Assembly (NCBI GenBank): GCA_002449135.1
Contig: DKCH01000057.1
Span: 13,954 to 72,828 of the forward strand
Direction: 5' to 3'
Source: Bacillales bacterium UBA6879
GTDB taxonomy: Bacteria; Bacillota_I; Bacilli_A; RFN20; CAG-288
DNA length: 58,875 nucleotides
Under the pieces are notes generated by a model. It did no database searches, had not been told where the DNA came from, and worked only from the letters and a program-made list of their open reading frames with translations. The translations under genes and the position numbers were made by a program. Shown here in pieces: positions 1 through 10,228 of this stretch. Each line of letters starts with the position of its first letter. Position 1 is the stretch's first letter.

Positions 1-1
1 A

Positions 2-349
2 GGATTAATATTAGGAAAACCTCTTTATAAAGGTGCTAAAGTCCTTTTAATAGATGATGTAGTAACTTCTGGTATCTCTATTGAAGAATCTATTTCCTTA
101 CTAAAGGATATTGAAAATATAGAAATAATTGGCTTAGTAGTTTCTGTAAATAGACAAGAAAAAAGTAAAGACTCTGAATATTCAGCTTTAGATCAAATAA
201 GTATAAAGCATAATTTTAAAACCAGCGCTATAGTCACAATGAAAGAAATAATTTCTTATCTTAAAGAAACTCATTTAGAGATCCTAACCCCTCAAATGGA
301 AGAAAAGATTATTAAATACTATAAAGAATATGGAGCAGTAAACTTTTAA
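2..349 (+). CDS. pyrE: orotate phosphoribosyltransferase, 3' part only (N-terminus lies upstream of the window)
   Basis: Frame +2 is open from the window edge to TAA at 347-349. The translation ...KGAKVLLIDDVVTSGISIEESI...VSVNRQEKSKDSEYSALDQI...IKYYKEYGAVNF matches the PRPP-binding loop (DDVxTxG) and the LDRQE.../...Y(R/K)E(E/Y)xG C-terminal tail of E. coli-type PyrE. Confidence 0.8.
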   Translation, partial: GLILGKPLYKGAKVLLIDDVVTSGISIEESISLLKDIENIEIIGLVVSVNRQEKSKDSEYSALDQISIKHNFKTSAIVTMKEIISYLKETHLEILTPQMEEKIIKYYKEYGAVNF

Positions 350-363
350 AACTAAGAATTTAT

Positions 364-3063
364 TTAACTGTTATTTTTTAATTTATTTTTATTAACTTTT
401 CCTTTAAAATCATCAATTCTAATTAAAAACATAATTAATAAATATAAAGGAATATCTATTAAAATAATACCCAAATAAGCCATCCATCCTAAAAAAGTCA
501 TTTGATTTAAAATATCTAATTTTAGCATGCTATAAGGGAAGAAAAGTAAAATGACAAAAGAAGCTATAAAAGAACAAGAAAATAAAATAGCTCTAAATTT
601 ATTAAATGGTAAACAAAGTAAAAGTAAAGGTACTAAACCAATAGTAGTAAGAACTAAAATTTCTAAATTAGAAGAAGCTAAAGAAAATTCATCAATACCA
701 TTAGCTAAAGCGTTAGGATTATAACCATAATCAATAATTATTCCTTTAGTATATAAAATTCCTTTAGCAAGCATCGCTGCAAAAACAGCTATAAACATAC
801 AAAAACCAGCCGGTGCAGCATTCTTTAAAACGTTTTTCATAAAGTTACCCTTAATTAACTTATTATTTGGTTGAAGTGCTAAGAAAAATGAAGGCATACC
901 TATAATACAAACTTCTAAAACAATCATATTTTTAGGAGTAAATGGATAACCAAATGGTATAGTTTTACTTGCTAAACCAAAAATAATTACTGAAATAGTA
1001 AGTAACATAGTAAATATAGTTTTCATAATATATAAAGAAGCTGATAGCTGAATATTATTAATAACTCTTCTACCTTCTTTAACAACTTCAGGCATTGAAG
1101 CAAAGTTAGAATCAAGTAAAACTAAATGAGCAACCGCCTTAGTAGCATCTGTACCATTATTCATCGCAATAGAGCAATCCGCCTGTTTCATAGCTAAAAT
1201 ATCATTAACACCATCACCAGTCATAGCTACAATTTCACCATCATTTTTTAACGCTTTTACTAATGCGGCTTTTTGATCAGGAGTTACTCTACCAAAAACA
1301 GTATACTGGTTAGCAATAGAACTAACCTTTTCAAGTGACATACCTTCCAATGAAATATATTTATCCGCCCCTTCTACACCACATTTATTAGCAATGTTAT
1401 AAACAGTAACAGGATTATCTCCAGAAATTATCTTAATTTTTACATCATTTTCTTTAAACCATTTAATAGTTGAATATGCTTCATCTCTAATATGGTCAAT
1501 TAAAGAAACTAAACAAACAACTTTTAATGGATTTACTATTTTATCATTTTCTATTTTTTCAATTTCAACTAAAGCAATAACTCTATTACCATTACCTGTT
1601 TCTTTTTCGACAAATTTCTCAACTTCTAAATCACTTTTATTAAAAACATATTCTGGAGCTCCTAAAGCGTAGGAATGTCCATCCATAAAAGTAATAGCTG
1701 AATATTTTCTTGCTGAAGAAAAAGGTAATTTGACTTTAGGAATTAAAGTAGAATTAGTTTTAAAATGATTAATTAACGCTTGACTTGTAGCATTATTAGC
1801 TTCAAAAGCGTGTAAGTAAGAGCCCATTAAAATACTTAAATCAATAGAAGAATCTAGTTGCTTTATTTCTTCTACTTTCATAGTTCCATCAGTTAAAGTT
1901 CCTGTTTTATCCAAACATAAAGTAGTAACTCTTGATAATCTTTCAATAGAATAAAGATCTTGAACAGATGTATGTCTTTTTGATAATTGTATAACTCCAA
2001 CACATAAAGCAGCCGAAACTAATAAAACAAGTCCAGAAGGAATCATACCAATAGCACTAGCAGAAGTCTTTTGTGCAATATACTGAAAAAGTTCAAATCC
2101 TGATAAATTTGATTTAATACCATTAGCATAATTTGTATAAATCATTAAACCTGTAATTGGTAATAAAACTATAGAAATTATAGTAATAAAGGCATTAATT
2201 GATCTTCTTAAAATAGAAGTGTTTTTCTTATAAGTTTTTGCTTCCTGCTGAAGCTTACCAGAAAAAGTATCTTTACCAACTTTTTCAACTTTACCAATAC
2301 ATGAACCAGCAACAACAAATGAACCAGAAAGAAGCAAATCACCAACTTTTTTCTTAATAGGTAAAGATTCACCAGTTAAAGGAGATTCATCAACCTCAAC
2401 TTCACCTTCCTTAACAATAGTATCAACACCTAATTGATCACCTTGCTTTATCATAATAATATCATCTAAAACTATTAAAGATTGAAGCATTTCAATCTTA
2501 CGCCCATTCCTTACGACCTTACATTTAGGAGAAGTAATAAGCCTTAATCTATCAATAGTTACTTTTGATCTAATTTCTTGAATAATACCAACAAGAATAT
2601 TTAAAAAGACAATTCCAAGAAAGAAAAAATCAAACAAACTTGCTTTAGCAAAAGCAAGAACAATAGCAATACAAATCATCAAAACATTAAAATAAGTAAA
2701 AACATTAGAAAAAATTATAAAAAGAATAGACTTTGTATATTTATTAGGAACCTTATTTATTAAATTTTCATTAATTCTTTCAGCTACTTGCTCATTAGTA
2801 AGTCCTTTATTTAAAGGAGGGTCAAAACGCTTTACATTGCGTCTTCGCATTTCTTCTTCATATTCTTTTAAAATTTGTTTCTTAGATTTTCTTCTAGACG
2901 AAAAAAGTTTTTTAACAATTTGAAGTTCAATAGTTTCATCTAAATCAAAAGACAACTTATTAAACTTAAGTTCATCTTTTTGATTATTATCTTGTTTAGC
3001 TAAAGATTCTGCTTCTTTTATACTTTCTACTTGTATTTTTTTCTCTTCTATCTTTTTACCCAT
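364..3063 (-). CDS. cation-transporting P-type ATPase (HAD-IC family, substrate uncertain)
   Basis: 899-aa ORF with the actuator motif PLTGESLP, the phosphorylation site CLDKTGTLT, the hinge MTGDGVNDILAMKQADCSIAM and about 10 hydrophobic segments. RBS AAGAGGGA lies upstream of the ATG. Confidence 0.9.
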   Translation of the reverse strand: MGKKIEEKKIQVESIKEAESLAKQDNNQKDELKFNKLSFDLDETIELQIVKKLFSSRRKSKKQILKEYEEEMRRRNVKRFDPPLNKGLTNEQVAERINENLINKVPNKYTKSILFIIFSNVFTYFNVLMICIAIVLAFAKASLFDFFFLGIVFLNILVGIIQEIRSKVTIDRLRLITSPKCKVVRNGRKIEMLQSLIVLDDIIMIKQGDQLGVDTIVKEGEVEVDESPLTGESLPIKKKVGDLLLSGSFVVAGSCIGKVEKVGKDTFSGKLQQEAKTYKKNTSILRRSINAFITIISIVLLPITGLMIYTNYANGIKSNLSGFELFQYIAQKTSASAIGMIPSGLVLLVSAALCVGVIQLSKRHTSVQDLYSIERLSRVTTLCLDKTGTLTDGTMKVEEIKQLDSSIDLSILMGSYLHAFEANNATSQALINHFKTNSTLIPKVKLPFSSARKYSAITFMDGHSYALGAPEYVFNKSDLEVEKFVEKETGNGNRVIALVEIEKIENDKIVNPLKVVCLVSLIDHIRDEAYSTIKWFKENDVKIKIISGDNPVTVYNIANKCGVEGADKYISLEGMSLEKVSSIANQYTVFGRVTPDQKAALVKALKNDGEIVAMTGDGVNDILAMKQADCSIAMNNGTDATKAVAHLVLLDSNFASMPEVVKEGRRVINNIQLSASLYIMKTIFTMLLTISVIIFGLASKTIPFGYPFTPKNMIVLEVCIIGMPSFFLALQPNNKLIKGNFMKNVLKNAAPAGFCMFIAVFAAMLAKGILYTKGIIIDYGYNPNALANGIDEFSLASSNLEILVLTTIGLVPLLLLCLPFNKFRAILFSCSFIASFVILLFFPYSMLKLDILNQMTFLGWMAYLGIILIDIPLYLLIMFLIRIDDFKGKVNKNKLKNNS

Positions 3064-3122
3064 TTTATCCCTCTTAAATATTTTATACTTTGATACTATT
3101 AAAACGCTAAAGATTATTATAT

Positions 3123-3989
3123 TTATTTTTTATCAGTTAACAATTTATAAAGATAGTTTTTCTTTATTGGATAAATTGTAGATAAAATTTTAGAAACTTC
3201 ACTAATTGAATATCCACCTTTAATTAATTTGTTTGCACATTCTAAATACTTATCATCATTAGACTCTTCAATTTGATTACCTTCTAAAACAATAACGTAT
3301 TCTCCCTTAATTAAAGATGATTTAAAATCTTCAATATCACCAATATTCATATAAGTATATTCTTCATATAACTTAGTAAGTTCTCTAGCTAAAACTAATC
3401 TTTTTGTCTTAGGAAAAACCTCTTGAAAAGCTTCTAATGTTTCTAATAAGCGGTGTGGGGCTTCATAAAATAACATTGTTTCTTTTTTATTAATTAACTT
3501 TTCTAAAAAAGCAATTTTTGCTTGCTTTTTAGTAGGTAAAAACCCATAAAAAGTAAAATCCGCCGTATCAAATCCAGACATAATCAAGGCTTGTAAAAAA
3601 GCTGATGGTCCTAAAATGGTAGAAACATTAATATCTAAACTTAGAGCTTTAGTTAAAAGTAAACTACCTGGATCTGAAATTCCTGGATTTCCAGCATCAG
3701 AAACAAAACATGCTAATAAGTTTTTATTTTTAATTTCTTCTAAATATGTATTAGCCACACTTTCTTCTTTATAAGAAAAACAAGAAACAAGCTTTTTATA
3801 TGTAATATTTAAAGAATGAAGTAAATTAGCAGTATTTCTTGTATCTTCTGCAAAAATAATATCAGCCTTAGCTAATATTTCCTTAGCACGCAAAGAAATA
3901 TCTTCTAAATTACCAATAGGTGTCCCTACTAAATAAAGTAAGCCGTTATTTTTACTATTTACATAAGGTTGTACTTTTTTAATAGCCAT
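3123..3989 (-). CDS. rsmI: 16S rRNA (cytidine1402-2'-O)-methyltransferase
   Basis: N-terminus LYLVGTPIGNLEDISLRAKEILAKADIIFAEDTRNT is the RsmI (tetrapyrrole-methylase fold) signature. It sits downstream of holB-yaaT, as in Bacillus. Confidence 0.9.
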   Translation of the reverse strand: MAIKKVQPYVNSKNNGLLYLVGTPIGNLEDISLRAKEILAKADIIFAEDTRNTANLLHSLNITYKKLVSCFSYKEESVANTYLEEIKNKNLLACFVSDAGNPGISDPGSLLLTKALSLDINVSTILGPSAFLQALIMSGFDTADFTFYGFLPTKKQAKIAFLEKLINKKETMLFYEAPHRLLETLEAFQEVFPKTKRLVLARELTKLYEEYTYMNIGDIEDFKSSLIKGEYVIVLEGNQIEESNDDKYLECANKLIKGGYSISEVSKILSTIYPIKKNYLYKLLTDKK

Positions 3990-3991
3990 AA

Positions 3992-5014
3992 TTAGTTTGT
4001 ACCTTTATCATTAGTATTATTTAAATTATTTGGGTTATTTGGTTTGTTTTTTTGATAGTTGTTATTCTTATAATTATTATATTTTTTAAAACTCTTATTA
4101 TTGTATTTTTGATTATTTGAATTATTGTTTTTATTATCATTATTAGTATTAAAAGTAGAAGATATTACATTAGTAATATTTTGTAAATCCTCATCATTAT
4201 CATCTTTTTTAATAATATTTAAGCCTTTAGATATTCTTTTATAATCATCTAAAGAAACTGTCTCAAAAATATCATCTTTATTTAACGTAACTTTTTGAGA
4301 AAGAATATTAATTGAAGAAACTTTATATGTCTCATTTTTATATTTAACAAAGGTACCTAAACTAGGAAAATATTTTCTTAAGGAAACATAAGCATCATCT
4401 TCATATTTTAAGCAACAAATAAGTTTTCCACATTGACCAGAAAGTTTTGGAATATTAATAGCTAGCATTTGATTCTTAGCCATTTGAATAGTAATTCCTT
4501 CAAAAGAAGTTAAAAAAGTAGAACAACAAAGCCTAAGACCACATACACCTAGTCCACCTACAATTTTAGCTTTATCTCTTGCACCTACTTGTTTCATTTC
4601 AATATGAGCGTGAATTAATCTAGCTAAAATTTTTAATAATTCTCTAAAATCAACTCTATTATCAGCAACATACATAATACGTACTTTAGAATTATCAAAA
4701 GAAGATAAGACATTAAAAACACGCATATCTAATTTAAGGTTATTACATTCTTTTTGAATGACAGGAATTAATTTTTTATCGTTTTCTTTATTTTTTAAAT
4801 TATAAGCAAGATCAGTATCAGTCGCTTTTCTAATAATTTTATTATAAATTGTAGTATCTACTTTATCATCAACTTGTGAACAAGATAGAATAGAACCCAT
4901 ATATGGAGCATCATCAACTAAAACAATAACTTGATCTCCAACATTTAAAGAATTAGAAGAATAACATGCTAGAGGTACATCTTTATCAATTTTAACTTTA
5001 TATACAATTTTCAT
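3992..5014 (-). CDS. PSP1-domain protein (YaaT/RicT-like) with an Asn-rich C-terminal tail
   Basis: Cys-rich PSP1 core (GLGVCGLRLCCSTFL...SGQCGKLICCLKYE). holB-yaaT synteny. The last ~55 aa are N/K low complexity. Confidence 0.85.
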   Translation of the reverse strand: MKIVYKVKIDKDVPLACYSSNSLNVGDQVIVLVDDAPYMGSILSCSQVDDKVDTTIYNKIIRKATDTDLAYNLKNKENDKKLIPVIQKECNNLKLDMRVFNVLSSFDNSKVRIMYVADNRVDFRELLKILARLIHAHIEMKQVGARDKAKIVGGLGVCGLRLCCSTFLTSFEGITIQMAKNQMLAINIPKLSGQCGKLICCLKYEDDAYVSLRKYFPSLGTFVKYKNETYKVSSINILSQKVTLNKDDIFETVSLDDYKRISKGLNIIKKDDNDEDLQNITNVISSTFNTNNDNKNNNSNNQKYNNKSFKKYNNYKNNNYQKNKPNNPNNLNNTNDKGTN

Positions 5015-5994
5015 TATTTTCCCTCCATAATATAAGCTAATTTTGCTAGAGCTAATGTAAAGTTCAAATTAGCGCTACTTTTTCCATTAATATCTTCTAA
5101 AAAAGCTAAAGCCTTAGAGATATTTTTATAATAAGGCTTCAGTTTAATAACAAATTCTTTATAAGGTGAAGCCTGATTTTCTAATAAAGCATCAGTAAGT
5201 AAAATAATTACGATACTATAAAAATAATTATAACACTTATTTGCTATAACTTTTGAACCGGCTTTTTTAATAGGATTTACAACATCAGAAAATAAACTGA
5301 GGCTTGCTTCTTCTTTTTTATTAATTAAAGTATCTAAATAAGAAATAGCACCATTGTATGCTAAATCAAATTCTTTTGAACTATTAATTTCTTTCTTTTC
5401 TTCTTCCTCATAAGCTAAATAAGAAAGCAAATAATATCTTTCTATTAAAATTTCACCAGAATAATCATTAATTAACTCATCAACATTAGTAGGTAATAAA
5501 TTCAAAATCTGTAAACGAGAAACAATAGTAGGAAGCACCCTTTGTTTATTAGCAGTAGTTAATATAGCAGTAATTTTTCCTTGTGGTTCTTCTAAGAATT
5601 TTAAAAGTCCATTTACAGCTTCTGTAGTAATGTTTTCCACTTGATTAATAATATAAATAGAGCGGTGATTTTTTTCTAAAGAAGAAAGAGAAAAAAAATC
5701 TTCTAATTTATCAATTTGATCTTTTTTAATAAGGCTTTGCTTGCCATCAATTACAATTAAATCAGGAGTAATTCCTTTTAAAAAACGTTCACAAGAGGGA
5801 CATAAGTTACAAGCTAAATCATGTTTTTCACATACTAAAGATTGAGCTAAATAATAAGCAGTTTCTAATAAAGGAGAATTAATATTTCCATTAAGTAAAA
5901 TACCTTGAGGTATTCTATTTGATTTTATCGCATGCTCAAAAAAAGTGGCAATCACCTTTTGTTTATTAATAAAATTCTCCTTAGTAAAATACAT
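5014..5994 (-). CDS. holB: DNA polymerase III subunit delta'
   Basis: Clamp-loader AAA+-like fold without an intact P-loop, Zn module CNLCPSCERF, sensor motif TIVSRLQIL. Start/stop overlaps with tmk and yaaT. Confidence 0.85.
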   Translation of the reverse strand: MYFTKENFINKQKVIATFFEHAIKSNRIPQGILLNGNINSPLLETAYYLAQSLVCEKHDLACNLCPSCERFLKGITPDLIVIDGKQSLIKKDQIDKLEDFFSLSSLEKNHRSIYIINQVENITTEAVNGLLKFLEEPQGKITAILTTANKQRVLPTIVSRLQILNLLPTNVDELINDYSGEILIERYYLLSYLAYEEEEKKEINSSKEFDLAYNGAISYLDTLINKKEEASLSLFSDVVNPIKKAGSKVIANKCYNYFYSIVIILLTDALLENQASPYKEFVIKLKPYYKNISKALAFLEDINGKSSANLNFTLALAKLAYIMEGK

Positions 5995-6638
5995 TATTTA
6001 TTTTCCTTATTTTTAATAAAGTTTTTAACTAAAACGTAAACCTCATCTAAAACATCATCGAAAGATTTAGAAGCATCAATAACTTTAATACGTTCAGGAA
6101 ATCTTTTAATAACTTCTAAATAACCTTGATGAGCTTTTTGATGAAAATTTAATTTTTCAACATCAAGTCTATTTACTTCTCTTTGAGAATTACTTTCAAT
6201 TCTTTGTAATCCTAAAATAGGATCTAAATCAAAAAATATAGTTAAATCAGGTAAAGTATTATCCGTTGCAAACATATTGATTTTATAAACATTTTCAATA
6301 CCAATTCCACGGGCATATCCTTGATAAGCTAAAGAAGAATCAATATAACGATCCGAAACAACTATTTTGTTTTGTTTTAAAAGAGGGACAACATTTTCAA
6401 CCAAATGTTGTCTTCGGGCTGCAGCATATAATAAAGCTTCAGTTTTAGGATCCATTTCAGTATTCATTTTATCTAAAATAACACTTCTAATTTCTTCTGC
6501 TATTTTATTACCACCAGGTTCTCTTGTTAAAATAATTTCTATTCCATCCTCTTTCAACAATTTATCTTTTAAAGCATGTAATACAGAAGTCTTACCAGAA
6601 CCATCATTACCTTCAAAACTAATAAAGATACCAGCCAT
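5994..6638 (-). CDS. tmk: thymidylate kinase
   Basis: P-loop FEGNDGSGKTS, TREPGG, DRYIDSSLAYQG motif. Confidence 0.95.
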   Translation of the reverse strand: MAGIFISFEGNDGSGKTSVLHALKDKLLKEDGIEIILTREPGGNKIAEEIRSVILDKMNTEMDPKTEALLYAAARRQHLVENVVPLLKQNKIVVSDRYIDSSLAYQGYARGIGIENVYKINMFATDNTLPDLTIFFDLDPILGLQRIESNSQREVNRLDVEKLNFHQKAHQGYLEVIKRFPERIKVIDASKSFDDVLDEVYVLVKNFIKNKENK

Positions 6639-6639
6639 T

Positions 6640-7242
6640 TTAATCCCCTTTCATTTCTTTACGATCCTTTAAAGAAAGTTCAATAGTTTGTTGATCAACA
6701 TATTCTAAATCTGCACCAACTGGTAAACCATAAGCTAACTTAGTAATTTTGCAACATCCAGCTAAAGCCTTAAAAATATAATGGGCAGTAATTTCACCTT
6801 CTAAGTTTGAATCTAAAGCTACAATTAACTCTTCAATATGTTCTTTTTTTACCAAATCCACTAATTCAGGAATCCTAATATCTTCTGCTTTAATCCCCTT
6901 TATTGGAGAAATAGATCCACCTAAAACAAAATATTTGCCATTAAATTGATTAGTTTTTTCAAAAGCCAAAACTGCTTTTGTTGATGAAAGAACCATCAAT
7001 TTAGAATTATCTCTTGTCTTACTATCACAAATTGGACAAAATGGCGTATCAATATACATTCCGCATCTAGGACACTTATGAACTTGGGTTTGAACTAAAT
7101 TTAAAGCTTGAATAAATTCATCTAAATCCTCTTTAGAAAAACCTAAAGTGGCATAAGCTAACCTTTCAGCAGTTTTATTACCAACAGAAGGTAACTTTTT
7201 ATAACAAGCGATTAATTTAGTAACTGTATTTATTTGTTCCAT
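6640..7242 (-). CDS. recR: recombination protein RecR
   Basis: N-terminal HhH (KLPSVGNKTAERLAY), C4 zinc finger CPRCGMYIDTPFCPIC, Toprim/Walker B-like region. Confidence 0.95.
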   Translation of the reverse strand: MEQINTVTKLIACYKKLPSVGNKTAERLAYATLGFSKEDLDEFIQALNLVQTQVHKCPRCGMYIDTPFCPICDSKTRDNSKLMVLSSTKAVLAFEKTNQFNGKYFVLGGSISPIKGIKAEDIRIPELVDLVKKEHIEELIVALDSNLEGEITAHYIFKALAGCCKITKLAYGLPVGADLEYVDQQTIELSLKDRKEMKGD

Positions 7243-7243
7243 C

Positions 7244-7546
7244 TTATTTTAACAATGAAGAAATATCAACATTGCTAGCTAAATTATTATTTGAATCATC
7301 ATTAGCTTTTTTAACTTTTTCTAAGCCTTGATTAATAGCGTTTTTCAACATTTCTTCAAGCATTTCCTTATCAGAAAGTACATCTTTATCAATAGTAAGT
7401 TCTTTTAACTTATAATCACCAGTAAAAACTAGCTTAATTGCCCCATTTGCCTCAACAGTAAATTCTTTTTTAGATAAAGCTTCTTTATTTTCATTAAGCT
7501 TATCTTGCATTTTCATTGCCTGCTCCATTAATTTTGAAAAATCCAT
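7244..7546 (-). CDS. YbaB/EbfC family nucleoid-associated protein
   Basis: 100-aa ORF in the conserved dnaX-ybaB-recR position. Coiled N-terminus and a beta-rich middle are typical of the family. Confidence 0.88.
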   Translation of the reverse strand: MDFSKLMEQAMKMQDKLNENKEALSKKEFTVEANGAIKLVFTGDYKLKELTIDKDVLSDKEMLEEMLKNAINQGLEKVKKANDDSNNNLASNVDISSLLK

Positions 7547-7549
7547 ATT

Positions 7550-9310
7550 CTACTCCTCTAAAAATTTCTCTACATTAGTTTTTTTACTTGTAGATGGTTC
7601 CACTTTCGCCCTTATTTCAATAGGATAAGGACTTGGTAATTTATTTGCCTGGGCTAAATTAGTAAAAGCTTTAACATAATCTTGAAAATCATTAACTTTT
7701 AAAGCAATAATACTACCTTCGAAATTAAATAATTCCTTTAAAAGCTTACGTGATAATTGTATATTTTTTAAAGAATTAATAATTAAAATAATTTTATCAT
7801 AATAAGATTTTACAACCACTATATTATTAGCAACCAAAGCTACCTTAGTTTGTAACAAGGCATTAGCTAAAGCACTTAAAGGAGAAGTAACATTTAAAGA
7901 ATGAAGTTTTGCTTCCCAATTTTCATCAAATTCTTTACGCATCTCTTTACTAGCTTGGACCATAATATTTAAAACAAACTTTTCATCTATTTCAATAGCA
8001 CTTAATTTCTTTACATCACCACTAACAGAATTAGAAGCAATCATAGAAGATGTAATTTTAGTTTCTTTTCTTTCATTATTATCAGAAACAACTTCAATTT
8101 TCTTAGTAAAAACTGGCGCTTTAGTTTCTTCAACAATTTTATTTTCTTTTACTTCTTCTACTTTCTTATTTTCAACTTTATTATTATTCTCATTAAGCTC
8201 ATCTTCTTTTACTGCTGAAGGAATATTAACAGCAATTACTTCAGGTTTTAACATCATTTTTAATAAAGTTAATTCAAACTGATCATAGCTAGATAAAGCA
8301 TTTTTGTATTCTCTTTTAGAAGCAATTAAAGTATCTAAATTAGTTCTAATTTCTAATGGAGTAACTAAAACTTTAATAGCCTCTTCAGGCTTTAAATAAG
8401 TAAGTAAACTAGCTTCTCTAGTAGTTCCATATATTAATAAATCTTTATATATATTTATTAAATCATTATGAAGCTTAACTATATCTGCACCTTTTTGATA
8501 TCTTAACTTACTAAATTCCAAAGCTTCTTTAACATTACCTTGATGAATCATTCTTACTAAATCTAATTCTTCTTCTACTCTAAATAAACCAAATAAAGTA
8601 TAAACATCATCTAATTTAATATTTTCTTGAGAATAAGATATTGCTTCATCAAGCAAAGATAAAGCATCTCTAACACCGCCATCAGATAATCTAGCAATTA
8701 CTCTTAATGCTCCTTCTTCATAAGTAATTTTTTCATTTTTTAAAATTCTTTCCATTAAAGAAACTAAATCATCAATACTAACTTTAGAAAAATCAAATCT
8801 TTGAACTCTTGATAAAATAGTAGGTAAAACCTTATTAGGTTCAGTAGTTGCTAAAATAAAAATTACATTACTAGGTGGTTCCTCTAATGTTTTTAACAAG
8901 GCATTAAAAGCAGTAGAAGACATTGAATGTACTTCGTCAATTATATATACCTTATAACGGCCATGCAAAGGAGCATAAGAAACCTGTTCAATAATTTGTC
9001 TTACTGAATCCACACCTGAATTACTAGCCGCATCAACTTCAACAACATCAGGATGAGTACCATTAGTAATTTCAATACAATTTTGACATTTGTTACATTG
9101 ATGACCTAAACCTTCTTCACATTCTAAAGCTTTAGCAAATAGTCTAGCTAAAGAAGTTTTACCAGTTCCCCTAGGTCCACAAAAAAGATATGCATGAGCT
9201 ATTTTGTTTTCTTTTAATGCATTTTCTAGGGTTCTAATTATAGATTGTTGACCAACAACTTCGCTAAAAGTTTGAGGTCTATACTTTCGATATAACGCTT
9301 GATATGCCAT
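7550..9310 (-). CDS. dnaX: DNA polymerase III subunit gamma/tau
   Basis: Walker A GPRGTGKTS, Zn module (CNKCQNC), Walker B IIDEVH, sensor ILSRVQRF. Confidence 0.95.
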   Translation of the reverse strand: MAYQALYRKYRPQTFSEVVGQQSIIRTLENALKENKIAHAYLFCGPRGTGKTSLARLFAKALECEEGLGHQCNKCQNCIEITNGTHPDVVEVDAASNSGVDSVRQIIEQVSYAPLHGRYKVYIIDEVHSMSSTAFNALLKTLEEPPSNVIFILATTEPNKVLPTILSRVQRFDFSKVSIDDLVSLMERILKNEKITYEEGALRVIARLSDGGVRDALSLLDEAISYSQENIKLDDVYTLFGLFRVEEELDLVRMIHQGNVKEALEFSKLRYQKGADIVKLHNDLINIYKDLLIYGTTREASLLTYLKPEEAIKVLVTPLEIRTNLDTLIASKREYKNALSSYDQFELTLLKMMLKPEVIAVNIPSAVKEDELNENNNKVENKKVEEVKENKIVEETKAPVFTKKIEVVSDNNERKETKITSSMIASNSVSGDVKKLSAIEIDEKFVLNIMVQASKEMRKEFDENWEAKLHSLNVTSPLSALANALLQTKVALVANNIVVVKSYYDKIILIINSLKNIQLSRKLLKELFNFEGSIIALKVNDFQDYVKAFTNLAQANKLPSPYPIEIRAKVEPSTSKKTNVEKFLEE

Positions 9311-9409
9311 AATATGTCCTTTTTTATTATATACTAAAAACGATTTTTATTAGAGACAATAATAAGTTAAATATTAAATAGTTGAATTATAATAATTAAA
9401 TTAAATTAA

Positions 9410-10228
9410 TTAGATCTTTCTTCTTTTAACAAACAAAAAGCGGTCTTTATTTTCCATATCCTTAATTACTTCAATTTCATAAGCTTTTAATAATTCTCTT
9501 GCTAATATTAATGTAGCTTCTTTATTGCTAGCTTCAAATTCAAAATAAGCGACACCATGTGGGCTTAAAACCTTATCTAAATTTGAAAATATACTATAAA
9601 AAGCATTTAAACCATCTTGCCCAGAATATAAAGCCTCCTTAGGTTCATATTCCAAAGAAGCATCTAAAAGCTCACCTTCTTTAATATAAGGCGGATTAGA
9701 AACAATTAAATCAAACTTCATTTGATGCTTAACAAAATAATCAAGAAAATTAGAAAGTGCAAGATTAATTTCTAATTTATTTTCTTCCGCGTTTACTTGC
9801 CCTACCATTAAAGCCTTATATGAAATATCTGAAGCATAAATAGTAGCTTTTGGAAACATCTTTTTTAAACTTAAAGCAATACAGCCAGAGCCCGTACATA
9901 AATCCAAAGCAGTATTAATTAATGTATTTTTTTGTCTCTTATTAATAATTTCCATCAACTCTTCAGTTTCTGGACGAGGAATTAAAACATTTGGATTAAC
10001 ATTAATTTTAAGACCATAAAAATTAACAAAACCAATTAAATATGCTATAGGGAAATTTCTTGCAATTATTTCTAAATCATCATCTGCTTTATTAGGCATC
10101 ATAAAAAGCTGACCCATTAAAATTTTATTATAGTCTATATGATAACGATAATTAAAAAGATCCTTAATATCTGCTTCTACTACTCCTAAAGCACGTAATT
10201 TAGTTATAAATTTATCAGAATTAATCAT
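9410..10228 (-). CDS. prmC: peptide chain release factor N5-glutamine methyltransferase
   Basis: LIPRPETEEL, SAM motif LDLCTGSGCIA, catalytic SNPPYI. 8-nt overlap with prfA. Confidence 0.9.
   Translation of the reverse strand: MINSDKFITKLRALGVVEADIKDLFNYRYHIDYNKILMGQLFMMPNKADDDLEIIARNFPIAYLIGFVNFYGLKINVNPNVLIPRPETEELMEIINKRQKNTLINTALDLCTGSGCIALSLKKMFPKATIYASDISYKALMVGQVNAEENKLEINLALSNFLDYFVKHQMKFDLIVSNPPYIKEGELLDASLEYEPKEALYSGQDGLNAFYSIFSNLDKVLSPHGVAYFEFEASNKEATLILARELLKAYEIEVIKDMENKDRFLFVKRRKI

Noticed and set aside
6367-6672. Antisense ORFs from the six-frame track: 6367-6672(+), 10544-10795(-), 10969-11151(+), 17158-17361(+), 25353-25538(+), 27079-27417(+), 34697-34918(+), 35291-35485(+), 35397-35645(+), 38478-38660(-), 38866-39048(-), 39894-40130(-), 45818-46261(+), 52910-53134(+), 57581-57796(-).
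   Set aside because: Each lies wholly inside, antisense to or out of frame with, a long ORF that has clear family motifs. They have low-complexity L/F/S/I-rich translations and no RBS. They are shadow ORFs typical of AT-rich DNA.
7550-9310. Programmed -1 frameshift in dnaX (the E. coli-type A AAA AAG slippery site producing gamma).
   Set aside because: Scanning the plus strand of the gene for CTTTTTT (the reverse complement of the heptamer) found none inside the CDS, and no downstream hairpin was evident.
9311-9409. SRP RNA (ffs/scr), which lies just upstream of dnaX in Bacillus.
   Set aside because: The gap is only 99 nt, almost pure A/T, with no GC-rich helix or GNAR-type tetraloop region. 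No structured RNA is plausible here.
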